From: Candidatus Bathyarchaeota archaeon
Lineage (GTDB): Archaea; Thermoproteota; Bathyarchaeia; Bathyarchaeales; Bathycorpusculaceae
Assembly (NCBI GenBank): GCA_963702095.1
Contig: OY969706.1
Location: 2,752,001 to 2,816,000, forward strand
Direction: 5' to 3'
Length of the DNA stretch: 64,000 nucleotides
The position numbers and the translations under genes are program-made. Under the pieces are notes generated by a model, which worked only from the letters and a program-made list of their open reading frames with translations, was not told the origin of the DNA and made no database searches. This document shows, piece by piece, positions 47,181 to 55,560 of this stretch; the stretch's first letter is position 1; every line of letters begins with the position of its first letter.

Positions 47181-49721
47181 TTGAAGGCGCCCATAGCAAC
47201 CTACCGTGTACAGCTGAACAAAAACTTCACTTTTAGCGACATTAGAGCCGTTTTGCCCTACCTAAAAGCACTCGGCGTTTCCCACATATATGCTTCTTCT
47301 ATTTTCCAAGCCAAAAAAGGAAGCCTACACGGCTATGACGTAGTAGACCCAACTGTTATCAACGAAGAGTTAGGCGGCAGGGAAGGCTTTGAAGAGCTCG
47401 CCAAAGAAGTTCACCGCTTGGGTTTGGGGTGGCTCCAAGACATCGTGCCCAACCACGCCTCCTATTCCTTGGAAAACAGGTGCATCTACGATGTACTTGA
47501 GAACGGGGCTGGCTCTCGTTACGGAGGCTTTTTTGATGTAGACTGGAACCAACCCTCCAAAAAACTGCATGGTAAACTGCTGGTGCCCTTTCTCACCGAG
47601 CCAATCCAACGCAGCATAAGCGAAGGCAAACTAGTGCTGGTCTACACCGGTGGATTCAAAATAAAATATAACGGTCTCGAGTTTCCCCTAAGCACGGAAA
47701 CCGAACAGCAACTTCAAAGCATAGGCGAATCCGTAGCCATTCAAGAATACAACAGCAACCCCGCACTACTCAAACAACTCCTCTCTAAACAACACTATCG
47801 CTTATCCTACTGGAAAACAGCCCTAAAACACATCAACTACCGCCGCTTCTTCGACATACTCGACTTAATCGGCGTCCGCATGGAAAACCCGGTTGCTTTC
47901 GAGGAGTTCCACAGCTTAATTTTTAGTTTGGCGCAGACGGGCGTGTTTTCTGGGTTAAGAGTTGACCACATCGACGGTCTCTATGACCCCGCGGTGTACC
48001 TGCAGCAGCTTCGCAAACATTGCCCAGACATGTACTTGCTGGTAGAAAAAATATTGACAGGCGACGAAGAGCTTGCCTCTTGGCCAGTCGAGGGTACCAC
48101 GGGATACGAGTTTCTCGACCGCCTCAACAAGCTTTTCGTTTTGGGCTCGTCTGAACCAGAATTCGATGCTCTCTACCGCGATTTCACGGGCAACACCCAA
48201 TCCTTTGAAAAGCAGCTCTACGAAGCCAAAAAAGCTGTCCTAGAAACCGCCTTTCTTGGGGACGTAAGAAACCTTGCATGGCTCTTTAGCGTTACCCTGC
48301 AGAAAACTGGTTACACAGGCAGATTTGACCGAGATGGTTTGGTGTCGGCTGTGGTTGAATTGATGGCTAACTTTCCAGTTTATCGGTCCTACATCGATGG
48401 GCAGCAGAGAAGCAGCATCAGCTTCAGGGTAGCCCTTGAACTAGCCGAAATGTACAATCCCAATTCAACAGATGAACTCACCGCCATAGCTTACTTGCTA
48501 AAAAAAGCCCAAACCTCCCCCCCAGCGCTCCATGCATTGATGCGTTTCCAGCAGTTCACAGGAGCCGTCATGGCAAAAGGCTTCGAAGACACCGCGCTCT
48601 ACCGCTACCTAAGACTGCTGTCGCTCAACGAGGTCGGCTCAAACCCTACCCAATTCGGCATAACCAAACAGCGCTTCTACGAGTTCAACTTGCAACGACA
48701 GCAAAAGTGGCCCCTTACACTCAACGCCTCCAGCACGCATGACACAAAACGGGGCGAAGACGTCCATGCAAGGCTAAACGTGTTAAGCGAATTGCCAGCT
48801 GAATTCCGCTCTTTCCTCGAGCAAATAAGGAATGTTGCTCCACAAAAGAAGCAGATTGGCAGTGTGTTTGCTCCTGATGGCAATGAGGAGTTCTGCCTCT
48901 ACCAAACCCTCTTAGGCGCCTATCCCTGGAGCCAAACCGAGCAAGAGGCGTTTTTGGAACGCGTAAAACTGTACATGCTCAAGGCGTTGCGGGAAGCCAA
49001 AGTCCACACTAACTGGATAACCCCAAACCTGCCCTATGAAGAAGCAGTCGCCACTTTTACAACTAACCTCCTCGATAGTCAAACTTTCAAGGAAGCTTTC
49101 TTGCCTTTCCAGAAAAAAATCGCCTACTACGGCGCGTACAACAGCCTCTCCCAAACCCTACTCAAAATCACCTGCCCCGGCGTCCCCGACTTCTACCAGG
49201 GCAGCGAACTCTGGAACCTAAGCCTCGTGGACCCCGACAACCGCGGCATCGTCGATTATGAGTTGGGGCAGAGGTTGCTGCTGGAAATTCGGCAGCTACA
49301 GATCTCGCATTCGCCGGAACTTCTCTGTGATATTAGCAGTGGAAAACTCAAGCTCTACTTAATCATTAAGGCTCTTAGGTTCCGGGGCAAGTATAAGCTG
49401 CTGTTTGAAGAAGGAATGTTTCTTCCGCTGGATGTTAAGGGCATGTATGCGGAGAATGTGGTTGCTTTCTGCAGAAAAACACAGGTTAACTACGCCCTTG
49501 TTGTCGTGCCCCGTTTCTTGACCGGACTGCTTAAGCCTGAAGCTGTCTGGAGCAGCATCAATTGGGGGGACACCTACATCTCCCTGCCGTCCGATGCACC
49601 CACAAAGTGGACCGAAACCTTCACCGGCAAAACGGTACAAACTAATACTGGTCAGCTGTTTCTGCATGAGGTCTTGGATGTTTTCCCTGTGGCGTTACTC
49701 AGAGGTGAAGCCATTGGATAG
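47181..49721 (+). CDS. treY: Malto-oligosyltrehalose synthase
   Basis: PIATYRVQ, HGYDV, DIVPNH, NYRRFFD, RVDHIDGL, STHDTKR and GVPDFYQG motifs. Confidence 0.95.
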   Translation: MKAPIATYRVQLNKNFTFSDIRAVLPYLKALGVSHIYASSIFQAKKGSLHGYDVVDPTVINEELGGREGFEELAKEVHRLGLGWLQDIVPNHASYSLENRCIYDVLENGAGSRYGGFFDVDWNQPSKKLHGKLLVPFLTEPIQRSISEGKLVLVYTGGFKIKYNGLEFPLSTETEQQLQSIGESVAIQEYNSNPALLKQLLSKQHYRLSYWKTALKHINYRRFFDILDLIGVRMENPVAFEEFHSLIFSLAQTGVFSGLRVDHIDGLYDPAVYLQQLRKHCPDMYLLVEKILTGDEELASWPVEGTTGYEFLDRLNKLFVLGSSEPEFDALYRDFTGNTQSFEKQLYEAKKAVLETAFLGDVRNLAWLFSVTLQKTGYTGRFDRDGLVSAVVELMANFPVYRSYIDGQQRSSISFRVALELAEMYNPNSTDELTAIAYLLKKAQTSPPALHALMRFQQFTGAVMAKGFEDTALYRYLRLLSLNEVGSNPTQFGITKQRFYEFNLQRQQKWPLTLNASSTHDTKRGEDVHARLNVLSELPAEFRSFLEQIRNVAPQKKQIGSVFAPDGNEEFCLYQTLLGAYPWSQTEQEAFLERVKLYMLKALREAKVHTNWITPNLPYEEAVATFTTNLLDSQTFKEAFLPFQKKIAYYGAYNSLSQTLLKITCPGVPDFYQGSELWNLSLVDPDNRGIVDYELGQRLLLEIRQLQISHSPELLCDISSGKLKLYLIIKALRFRGKYKLLFEEGMFLPLDVKGMYAENVVAFCRKTQVNYALVVVPRFLTGLLKPEAVWSSINWGDTYISLPSDAPTKWTETFTGKTVQTNTGQLFLHEVLDVFPVALLRGEAIG

Positions 49722-51207
49722 CCCCCAGCGAGCCAGCGGCATCCTATTGCACGTTACTTCTTTGCCTTCAACCTCTAGCATAGGCGACTTGGGACCCCAA
49801 AGCTACCAGTTTGTGGATTTGCTCGATAGCATAAATCAGCATTACTGGAGTATTTTGCCGCTTGGGCGAACGCGCTTAGAAGACGGTAACTCTCCTTACC
49901 AGACCAGCTCCGCTTACGCAGGCAATCCGCTCCTAATCAGCCAAGAGAAACTGGTTGAGGATGGTTTGCTGCCTAAAACATCAGCCAAAACCGTCGAGGC
50001 GACCAAGAGCAAAGTAAACTTTAAAGAAGTATACGAGAGCAAAAAGGCAGTTTTAAAAGACGCTTACCAGCATTTCAAAGCATCCGGCGTCCAAAAATCA
50101 GAGTTCGAAGCTTTCTGCATCCAAAACAGAGGCTGGCTAGAAGACTACGCTCTCTATACCACCCTACGACAGAGGGCACAGGTGCCTTGGTACTTGTGGC
50201 TTGCATCCCTGCGTGACCGCGACCCAAAAGCGTTGGCGCAGAAACAGCAGCAACTAACCTCAGAGATTGAGTTTGAAAAGTATGTGCAATACCTCTTCTT
50301 TATCCAATGGCGAAGCCTCAAAGACCACTGCAAAGAAAAGGAAATCAGCATCGTCGGGGACATGTCCTTCTATGTGGCTTATGACAGCGCCGATGTTTGG
50401 GTTCACCCTGAACTGTTCAGCCTAACAAAAACTGGCAGACCCATCTACATAGGCGGCGTCCCACCTGACTATTTTAGCGCTACTGGACAGCTTTGGGGCA
50501 ACCCCGTCTACAACTGGCCCAAACACCAAGAAACAGGGTTCGCTTGGTGGATGGACCGTATGGGGCACAATCTGCGGCTGTTTGACACCTTGCGTCTGGA
50601 CCATTTTAGGGGTTTTGTGGCTTACTGGCAAGTATCGGCCAGAGCCGTGGATGCAGTCAATGGGCGCTGGGTGAATGCGCCCTCAGCGGCTTTTTTTGGC
50701 AAACTAAAAACTGCTTTTCCGTCACTGCCGTTTATAGCTGAAGACCTCGGCTACATTGACGAGCCAGTTCGGCAAGCAATCCAGAAGCTGGGGGTGCCGG
50801 GGATGAGGGTGCTCCTGTTTGGTCTAGACGGTTCAAAGAACAACCCGCATACCCCAACCAATTATGTGGAAAACGCAGTGGTCTACACTGCAACCCACGA
50901 CACCAACACTGTTCAGGGCTGGTTTACTATAGAGGCATCCCCTGAGGAAAAAGCGAACCTGTTCGGCTTATTGGGCAGAAAAGTGCCTGAAAAAGACCTT
51001 AGCTTCGAAGCAGTTAAGCTTGTGGAGGCTTCCGTTCCAGATTTATGCATCGTTCCCTTGCAGGATGTGTTGGGGTTGGGTGCAGAGGCGCGGATGAACT
51101 GCCCTAGCCGGGCGTTTGGGAACTGGGAGTGGCGGGTAACTGAAGCACAATTGGCAAGTGACAGGCTGCTGCAGCATGGCGAAGTCACTGCTGAATCAGA
51201 CAGATAG
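49714..51207 (+). CDS. malQ: 4-alpha-glucanotransferase (amylomaltase)
   Basis: RASGILLHVTSLP, GVPPDYFSATGQLWGNP, RLDHFRG, AEDLG and THDTNT motifs. TTG start after SD GAGGTG. Confidence 0.95.
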   Translation: MDSPQRASGILLHVTSLPSTSSIGDLGPQSYQFVDLLDSINQHYWSILPLGRTRLEDGNSPYQTSSAYAGNPLLISQEKLVEDGLLPKTSAKTVEATKSKVNFKEVYESKKAVLKDAYQHFKASGVQKSEFEAFCIQNRGWLEDYALYTTLRQRAQVPWYLWLASLRDRDPKALAQKQQQLTSEIEFEKYVQYLFFIQWRSLKDHCKEKEISIVGDMSFYVAYDSADVWVHPELFSLTKTGRPIYIGGVPPDYFSATGQLWGNPVYNWPKHQETGFAWWMDRMGHNLRLFDTLRLDHFRGFVAYWQVSARAVDAVNGRWVNAPSAAFFGKLKTAFPSLPFIAEDLGYIDEPVRQAIQKLGVPGMRVLLFGLDGSKNNPHTPTNYVENAVVYTATHDTNTVQGWFTIEASPEEKANLFGLLGRKVPEKDLSFEAVKLVEASVPDLCIVPLQDVLGLGAEARMNCPSRAFGNWEWRVTEAQLASDRLLQHGEVTAESDR

Positions 51208-51294
51208 GTGTTTTATATTGCTGCCAGTAGCACGGCGAAGAACCCATAGTTGTAGGGGCAGTAGGTCATTTTGGAGTTAGCAGGGTATGAGTAC

Positions 51295-51473
51295 ATTCAA
51301 CATGCTTCCACACCCACATCCCGATTGTTTCTGCATGGAGTCATGTTGGGCGTGTGGTGGAAAACGCCTTTGCCACACCGAAACAGGCAGTGAAAAACGT
51401 TGAAAAAATGAAAAGCAACCGCCCCAAACCACCTTCTTGTGGTGCCCTGCAAAACGCCACACTCACATAAAGA
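51295..51473 (-). repeat. Dispersed intergenic repeat family B, copy 2
   Basis: The reverse complement aligns without gaps to 15472-15653 and 59014-59190. Confidence 0.85.
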
Positions 51474-51521
51474 ACCTGAGAATAGAGTCGCTCCACTACA
51501 TCCCTAAAGTCTTTAAACTCT

Positions 51522-52297
51522 TCATATGATTTGTAGCGTCAACTCTATTAGGCTCACCGTAACCGCCATCGTGACTGCTCCGTAGAGGTTTCTTGTTTTC
51601 CAGGTTACTTACAGTTGGCTTGAAAAAGTCATTATACTGCAGAGTTGCCATACCCACCAGTTTGCCCCAACAAAACTTTGATGGGCAAACACAGCGAGTA
51701 CTGCTAGGAGCACCGTGTTCTCTTTTCCCAGGTACCGATAGAAAAGTAACCCAACGAAGAACAGGGTTTGCAGCGTCACCGACACTACGCTGACCAACAC
51801 AACCCACAGAGCCAACCCGCCCGTGGTGTATTTTGTAACCCATTGTTCATGGAAAAAGAAGTTGGTTAACAGAAAATTGTGGATGCAAATACCGTTCCCA
51901 GAACAGTATAGCGGATGGTTCTCTTTTTATCGCCGACTTTTAGCCCCAAATCCAGCGTAGCTCGGCTTTGCCTGTTTAACAGGGCAATTGCCAGCAACGG
52001 AACCACAGCATAGGCGAGTACGTTTGTGAGGAGATAGTTCAAGGTTAAGCTGTTGTCGAACAGTGGCTGCTCTGGAAGGGCTATGGGGAAGATGAATTGG
52101 ATGAGTCTGCCATGGAGGGTTAAGAAGACAAAACTCAACAGAAAAGCCGGTAGTGCCCACTCGTAGAGGCGGGTTTTTCTATGCGCCGCCTTGAGGACTG
52201 TTGCGATTAGCACTGCGGCTACTGCGATTAGGAGGGTTGTGATGTTTAATCCGAAGAGGCCATAGTAGGTTGGGTGGGCGCTTATTGGTAAGCTCAT
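51522..52297 (-). pseudogene. Disrupted multi-TM membrane protein, CPBP/Abi-like
   Basis: The frame shifts in a T-run near 51875 and has an in-frame TAA at 51609. Read-through gives ...WKTRNLYGAVTMAV..II*, which resembles the last CPBP motif. Confidence 0.55.
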
Positions 52298-52465
52298 AGT
52301 GGTCGCATAGGGTTCTGTGCTGGTAAAGATATGTTTTGAGGTACAGTCGTTTACTAGTACAGTTATTTAAGGTTATTTTCGCAAAAAAGCCCTAAAATAG
52401 CCTCATTTGATTAGATGGATAGGCTTAAGAATGGTTGCTCGCATGTTTCCTCGGAGATGCCTTCA

Positions 52466-53026
52466 ATGAAAGTTTTAGCTATAAGTGGAAGCCCCCGCCC
52501 AAACGGCAACACCGACCTACTCCTGACTGAAGCCCTACAAGCAGCCAAATCAGCTGGCGCCCAAACCCAACTCGTAAGGCTATCTGATTATCATCTTGAA
52601 CCCTGCCAAGGCTGCATGACCTGCGCATCAACGGGCAAATGCATCCAAAAAGACGACGGAGAAGCCCTCTACAAACTGCTAACCGAAGCAGACGGCATCA
52701 TTTTAGGAAGCCCATCCTATTTCCAAGGCGTCACTGGACCCATGAAAAACTTCATAGACCGCATGGGTTTTCTGGGTTTACAGCGCAAAAAAGTAGATTT
52801 TAACGGTAAAGTCAGTGGAGTAGTAGCGGTGGCTCGTCGATCAGGCGTTTCTAGCACCTGCAATCAAATGTTGACGTTCTTCACAGCGTTGGGTGTGGCG
52901 ATTCCAAGCGCGGGTAGAGTCTACGCCATTGCACGGGACAAAGGTGACGTCTTAAACGATAAGGAAGGCGTGGATTCTGCGCGGTCTCTGGGGAAATCGA
53001 TTGTTAATGCTTTGGGCAAGCCTTAG
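52466..53026 (+). CDS. Iron-sulfur flavoprotein / NADPH-dependent FMN reductase
   Basis: MKVLAISGSPRPNGNT, CQGCMTC..C..KDD, GSPSYF and KNFIDR motifs. Confidence 0.9.
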   Translation: MKVLAISGSPRPNGNTDLLLTEALQAAKSAGAQTQLVRLSDYHLEPCQGCMTCASTGKCIQKDDGEALYKLLTEADGIILGSPSYFQGVTGPMKNFIDRMGFLGLQRKKVDFNGKVSGVVAVARRSGVSSTCNQMLTFFTALGVAIPSAGRVYAIARDKGDVLNDKEGVDSARSLGKSIVNALGKP

Positions 53027-53591
53027 CTGTTTTTTGGGCTGCTTTGAGGCATTTTTCGAAGCCACCCAAATAAGTAAACAACTGATCTGCAGGCGCCTCT
53101 TCAACTACCAAAAACTGGCTGTTGGCGTTGATGCAGCCGTCAATCATGAGGTTATCTGTTAAGCCGACCTCTTCAATGAACATGCTCTGGGCATCCCAGA
53201 GTTTGCCATCTCTACGCACTACTTTGCCGCCCAACGCCCCGATGGTGCGCTCCGTAAACGGCACAGTGACGTTGGTGTATGCATAAACCCGTTTCCCTAA
53301 AGCATGTGCAAACCCCATTTCATAAGCGGTGCCGACGTCGGCGCTTGGACCCCTAAACGGCGTAATGTTGGCAATGACGATATCACAGCTTTTGATTAAG
53401 TCCTCATTTACGCCGCTTATACAAAGCCCGCGCTCACTTGGCGATTTGCTTTCCACCTCAACCTCTACATCTATGGGAAAAACGCCTTCAAAACCGTATT
53501 TTTTGCAAAGTTGCTTTTTTGCTTCGCCGATTTCTTTGGCGTTGACTAGGAACACTTCTGGACCTGCAAGGTAGACACGGAGTGGTGGCAC
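53004..53591 (-). CDS. Nucleoside 2-deoxyribosyltransferase family protein
   Basis: VYLAGPEVF, DVGTAYEMGFA and NLMID motifs. GTG start after SD GGAGGT. Confidence 0.88.
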   Translation of the reverse strand: MPPLRVYLAGPEVFLVNAKEIGEAKKQLCKKYGFEGVFPIDVEVEVESKSPSERGLCISGVNEDLIKSCDIVIANITPFRGPSADVGTAYEMGFAHALGKRVYAYTNVTVPFTERTIGALGGKVVRRDGKLWDAQSMFIEEVGLTDNLMIDGCINANSQFLVVEEAPADQLFTYLGGFEKCLKAAQKTAKACPKH

Positions 53592-53834
53592 TGAGGAACC
53601 TCCAAGGTACAGTAGTAATGCTGCTCTTATAAGCAGCGCAAGTTGAGTCGCCCCCTTAACGCGTGTTGTTAGCAGCTGATTTATCATCGCCAACCTGCAG
53701 CGTGACCTCTGGATTGTCGCAATCTTAAAATCTCTCCAGAAGACTGGTGATATTGCCGGTTTTCGAGTCTTTTTTGAAAAAGCCCAAGTTTTGCTGGAGT
53801 TCACTCAGGGCTTGTTATAAGGGTCGATTAAGAA

Positions 53835-54902
53835 ATGCCAAATCCGAAGAATAACAGAGAAAAAAGCGAACCACAACTGCGTGATGGCGCCAGATTTCTA
53901 TGCGCCGCCCAAGCCCTCCTAAAATCGAGGCTCTGGACACATAGACCCTTCTTTTTGGCTCACGCAATCACCTACGCCTGTAATTCCCGATGCAAAACCT
54001 GCACTTACTGGAGAATGTCTAGCAGAAAAAACGAAGATATGTCCACAGAGGATGTCTTTGGGCTCCTCGATGAAGCCTACGATTGTGGCATGAGAGGTTA
54101 CTACCTTTTCGGCGGAGAACCCACGGTTCGAGAAGACATTGGGGAAGTGGTGGCGTATGCTAAGCGGAAGGGGTTTTTGACTACTATGAACACCAATGGC
54201 TCTATGTTGGTGGCAAAGGCGGAGTCCCTGTGCAATGTGGATTTCATGTTTGTTTCCCTAGATTACTTTACCCCTTATCATGATTTTATCAGGGGAAGAG
54301 CGGGCTCTTTTAGAGAGGTCATGGAGGGCATCAAGAGAATACGGCAAGTGGGGAACACCAAGGTGGTTTTGGTGACAACCATCAGCTCCATGAATTTCGA
54401 TGCCATAGAGCCCATGGCACAGTTCGCCTCTGATTTACATGCCGGTATCTCTTACAATGCTGTAGAGCCCACCGTGCAGTCAAGTTTTGAGCAGGGCAGA
54501 ACCGACTCCCCAGTCAGCGACTACGGGTTAACACATAGGCAACTTCAAGTCTTCTACAACACGCTGCTAAAACTCAAGAGGGAGGGCTATCCGCTGATGG
54601 AAACAGAACATGTGCTAAAACACTTTGTTGAAGGACGACGCTGGATTTGCAATTTTCCCCAGATGTTTGTTTACGTGTCGGCTGACAAGAAAATCTTTAG
54701 CTGCACCTACGACCACACCTACGACCTAAAAAGCGGCTCCTTTAACGAGTACTTTTCCAGCAGCCTCTTTAGAGACCATGTTGAGAGCGCAAAGAAATGC
54801 AATGTCTGCGTGAGAACCTGCGTGAGGGGCTACGCCTACACTTATGATCTCAATCCTCTTCATCTTGTCAACCTTGTGGGCGACGCAAGAATAGTCCTGT
54901 GA
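53835..54902 (+). CDS. Radical SAM protein with C-terminal Cys cluster
   Basis: CNSRCKTC, FGGEPTVR, NTNG and C-terminal CNVCVRTC. Confidence 0.88.
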   Translation: MPNPKNNREKSEPQLRDGARFLCAAQALLKSRLWTHRPFFLAHAITYACNSRCKTCTYWRMSSRKNEDMSTEDVFGLLDEAYDCGMRGYYLFGGEPTVREDIGEVVAYAKRKGFLTTMNTNGSMLVAKAESLCNVDFMFVSLDYFTPYHDFIRGRAGSFREVMEGIKRIRQVGNTKVVLVTTISSMNFDAIEPMAQFASDLHAGISYNAVEPTVQSSFEQGRTDSPVSDYGLTHRQLQVFYNTLLKLKREGYPLMETEHVLKHFVEGRRWICNFPQMFVYVSADKKIFSCTYDHTYDLKSGSFNEYFSSSLFRDHVESAKKCNVCVRTCVRGYAYTYDLNPLHLVNLVGDARIVL

Positions 54903-54920
54903 CAAGTACCCTTTGAGGGA

Positions 54921-55394
54921 TTATGTGAAGCTTGCATTGTAGAGCGTCGCGTTAAACGGCACGTCGAATAGCACCAGATTGGCTGACCCAACAATGGTGA
55001 CTGTTACGGTTCCGCCTCCAGTGATGAGGCCATAGACGACTGAGGGCAGCCCCGTCGGGTTAAAATCGACTGGAACGGTGATTAGGCTTTGGCTATTGCC
55101 GCCAATCGTCAGGGAACCAAAAGAGCCCATCCCAGAAGCAACATCGTTTATGTAGACAGTAAAGGTGCCATCGGGAACATAGATCGGCAGCAGCCCCGAG
55201 TTGCCTATGGCGATTCCGAAGTTGGTTTGCACCGACGTTAAACCTATGCTGCTTAAACTGACGCTTTTAAGCTCGAAGGTCAGCTTGTGGTAGGCATCGT
55301 AATAGTAAACCGCTAACCCCGCAACTACCACTACAACTATTAGGATGATTGCTGCAGCAACAATTTTTCTTGCAACCACATGCTCCGCCACCAA
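54921..55394 (-). CDS. LEA_2/WHy-like membrane-anchored protein
   Basis: N-terminal TM followed by beta-sandwich pattern IGNSGLLPI..FTVYIND..TIGGNSQ..VPV. Confidence 0.65.
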   Translation of the reverse strand: MVAEHVVARKIVAAAIILIVVVVVAGLAVYYYDAYHKLTFELKSVSLSSIGLTSVQTNFGIAIGNSGLLPIYVPDGTFTVYINDVASGMGSFGSLTIGGNSQSLITVPVDFNPTGLPSVVYGLITGGGTVTVTIVGSANLVLFDVPFNATLYNASFT

Positions 55395-55560
55395 ACTATG
55401 CTTGAAGAAGCCATAAAAAGAATTGTTTCTGCTTCAACACAGCCACACCGCCGCTGGTTAATGGCGATGCTTTGCTTGTGAACGATTACAGCCCAGCAGT
55501 ACCACTGCAGCCATGGCTTCTTTTTTTACAAAAAGTGGGCTGAGCGCCGATGATATCTAA

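Noticed and set aside
53592-53804. 70-aa N-terminal extension of the deoxyribosyltransferase ORF
   Set aside because: A strong SD precedes the GTG at 53591. The extension covers the divergent promoter region.
55406-55522. 10-bp inverted repeat AAGAAGCCAT/ATGGCTTCTT as a MITE
   Set aside because: Single occurrence in the window, short IR, and no target-site duplication seen.
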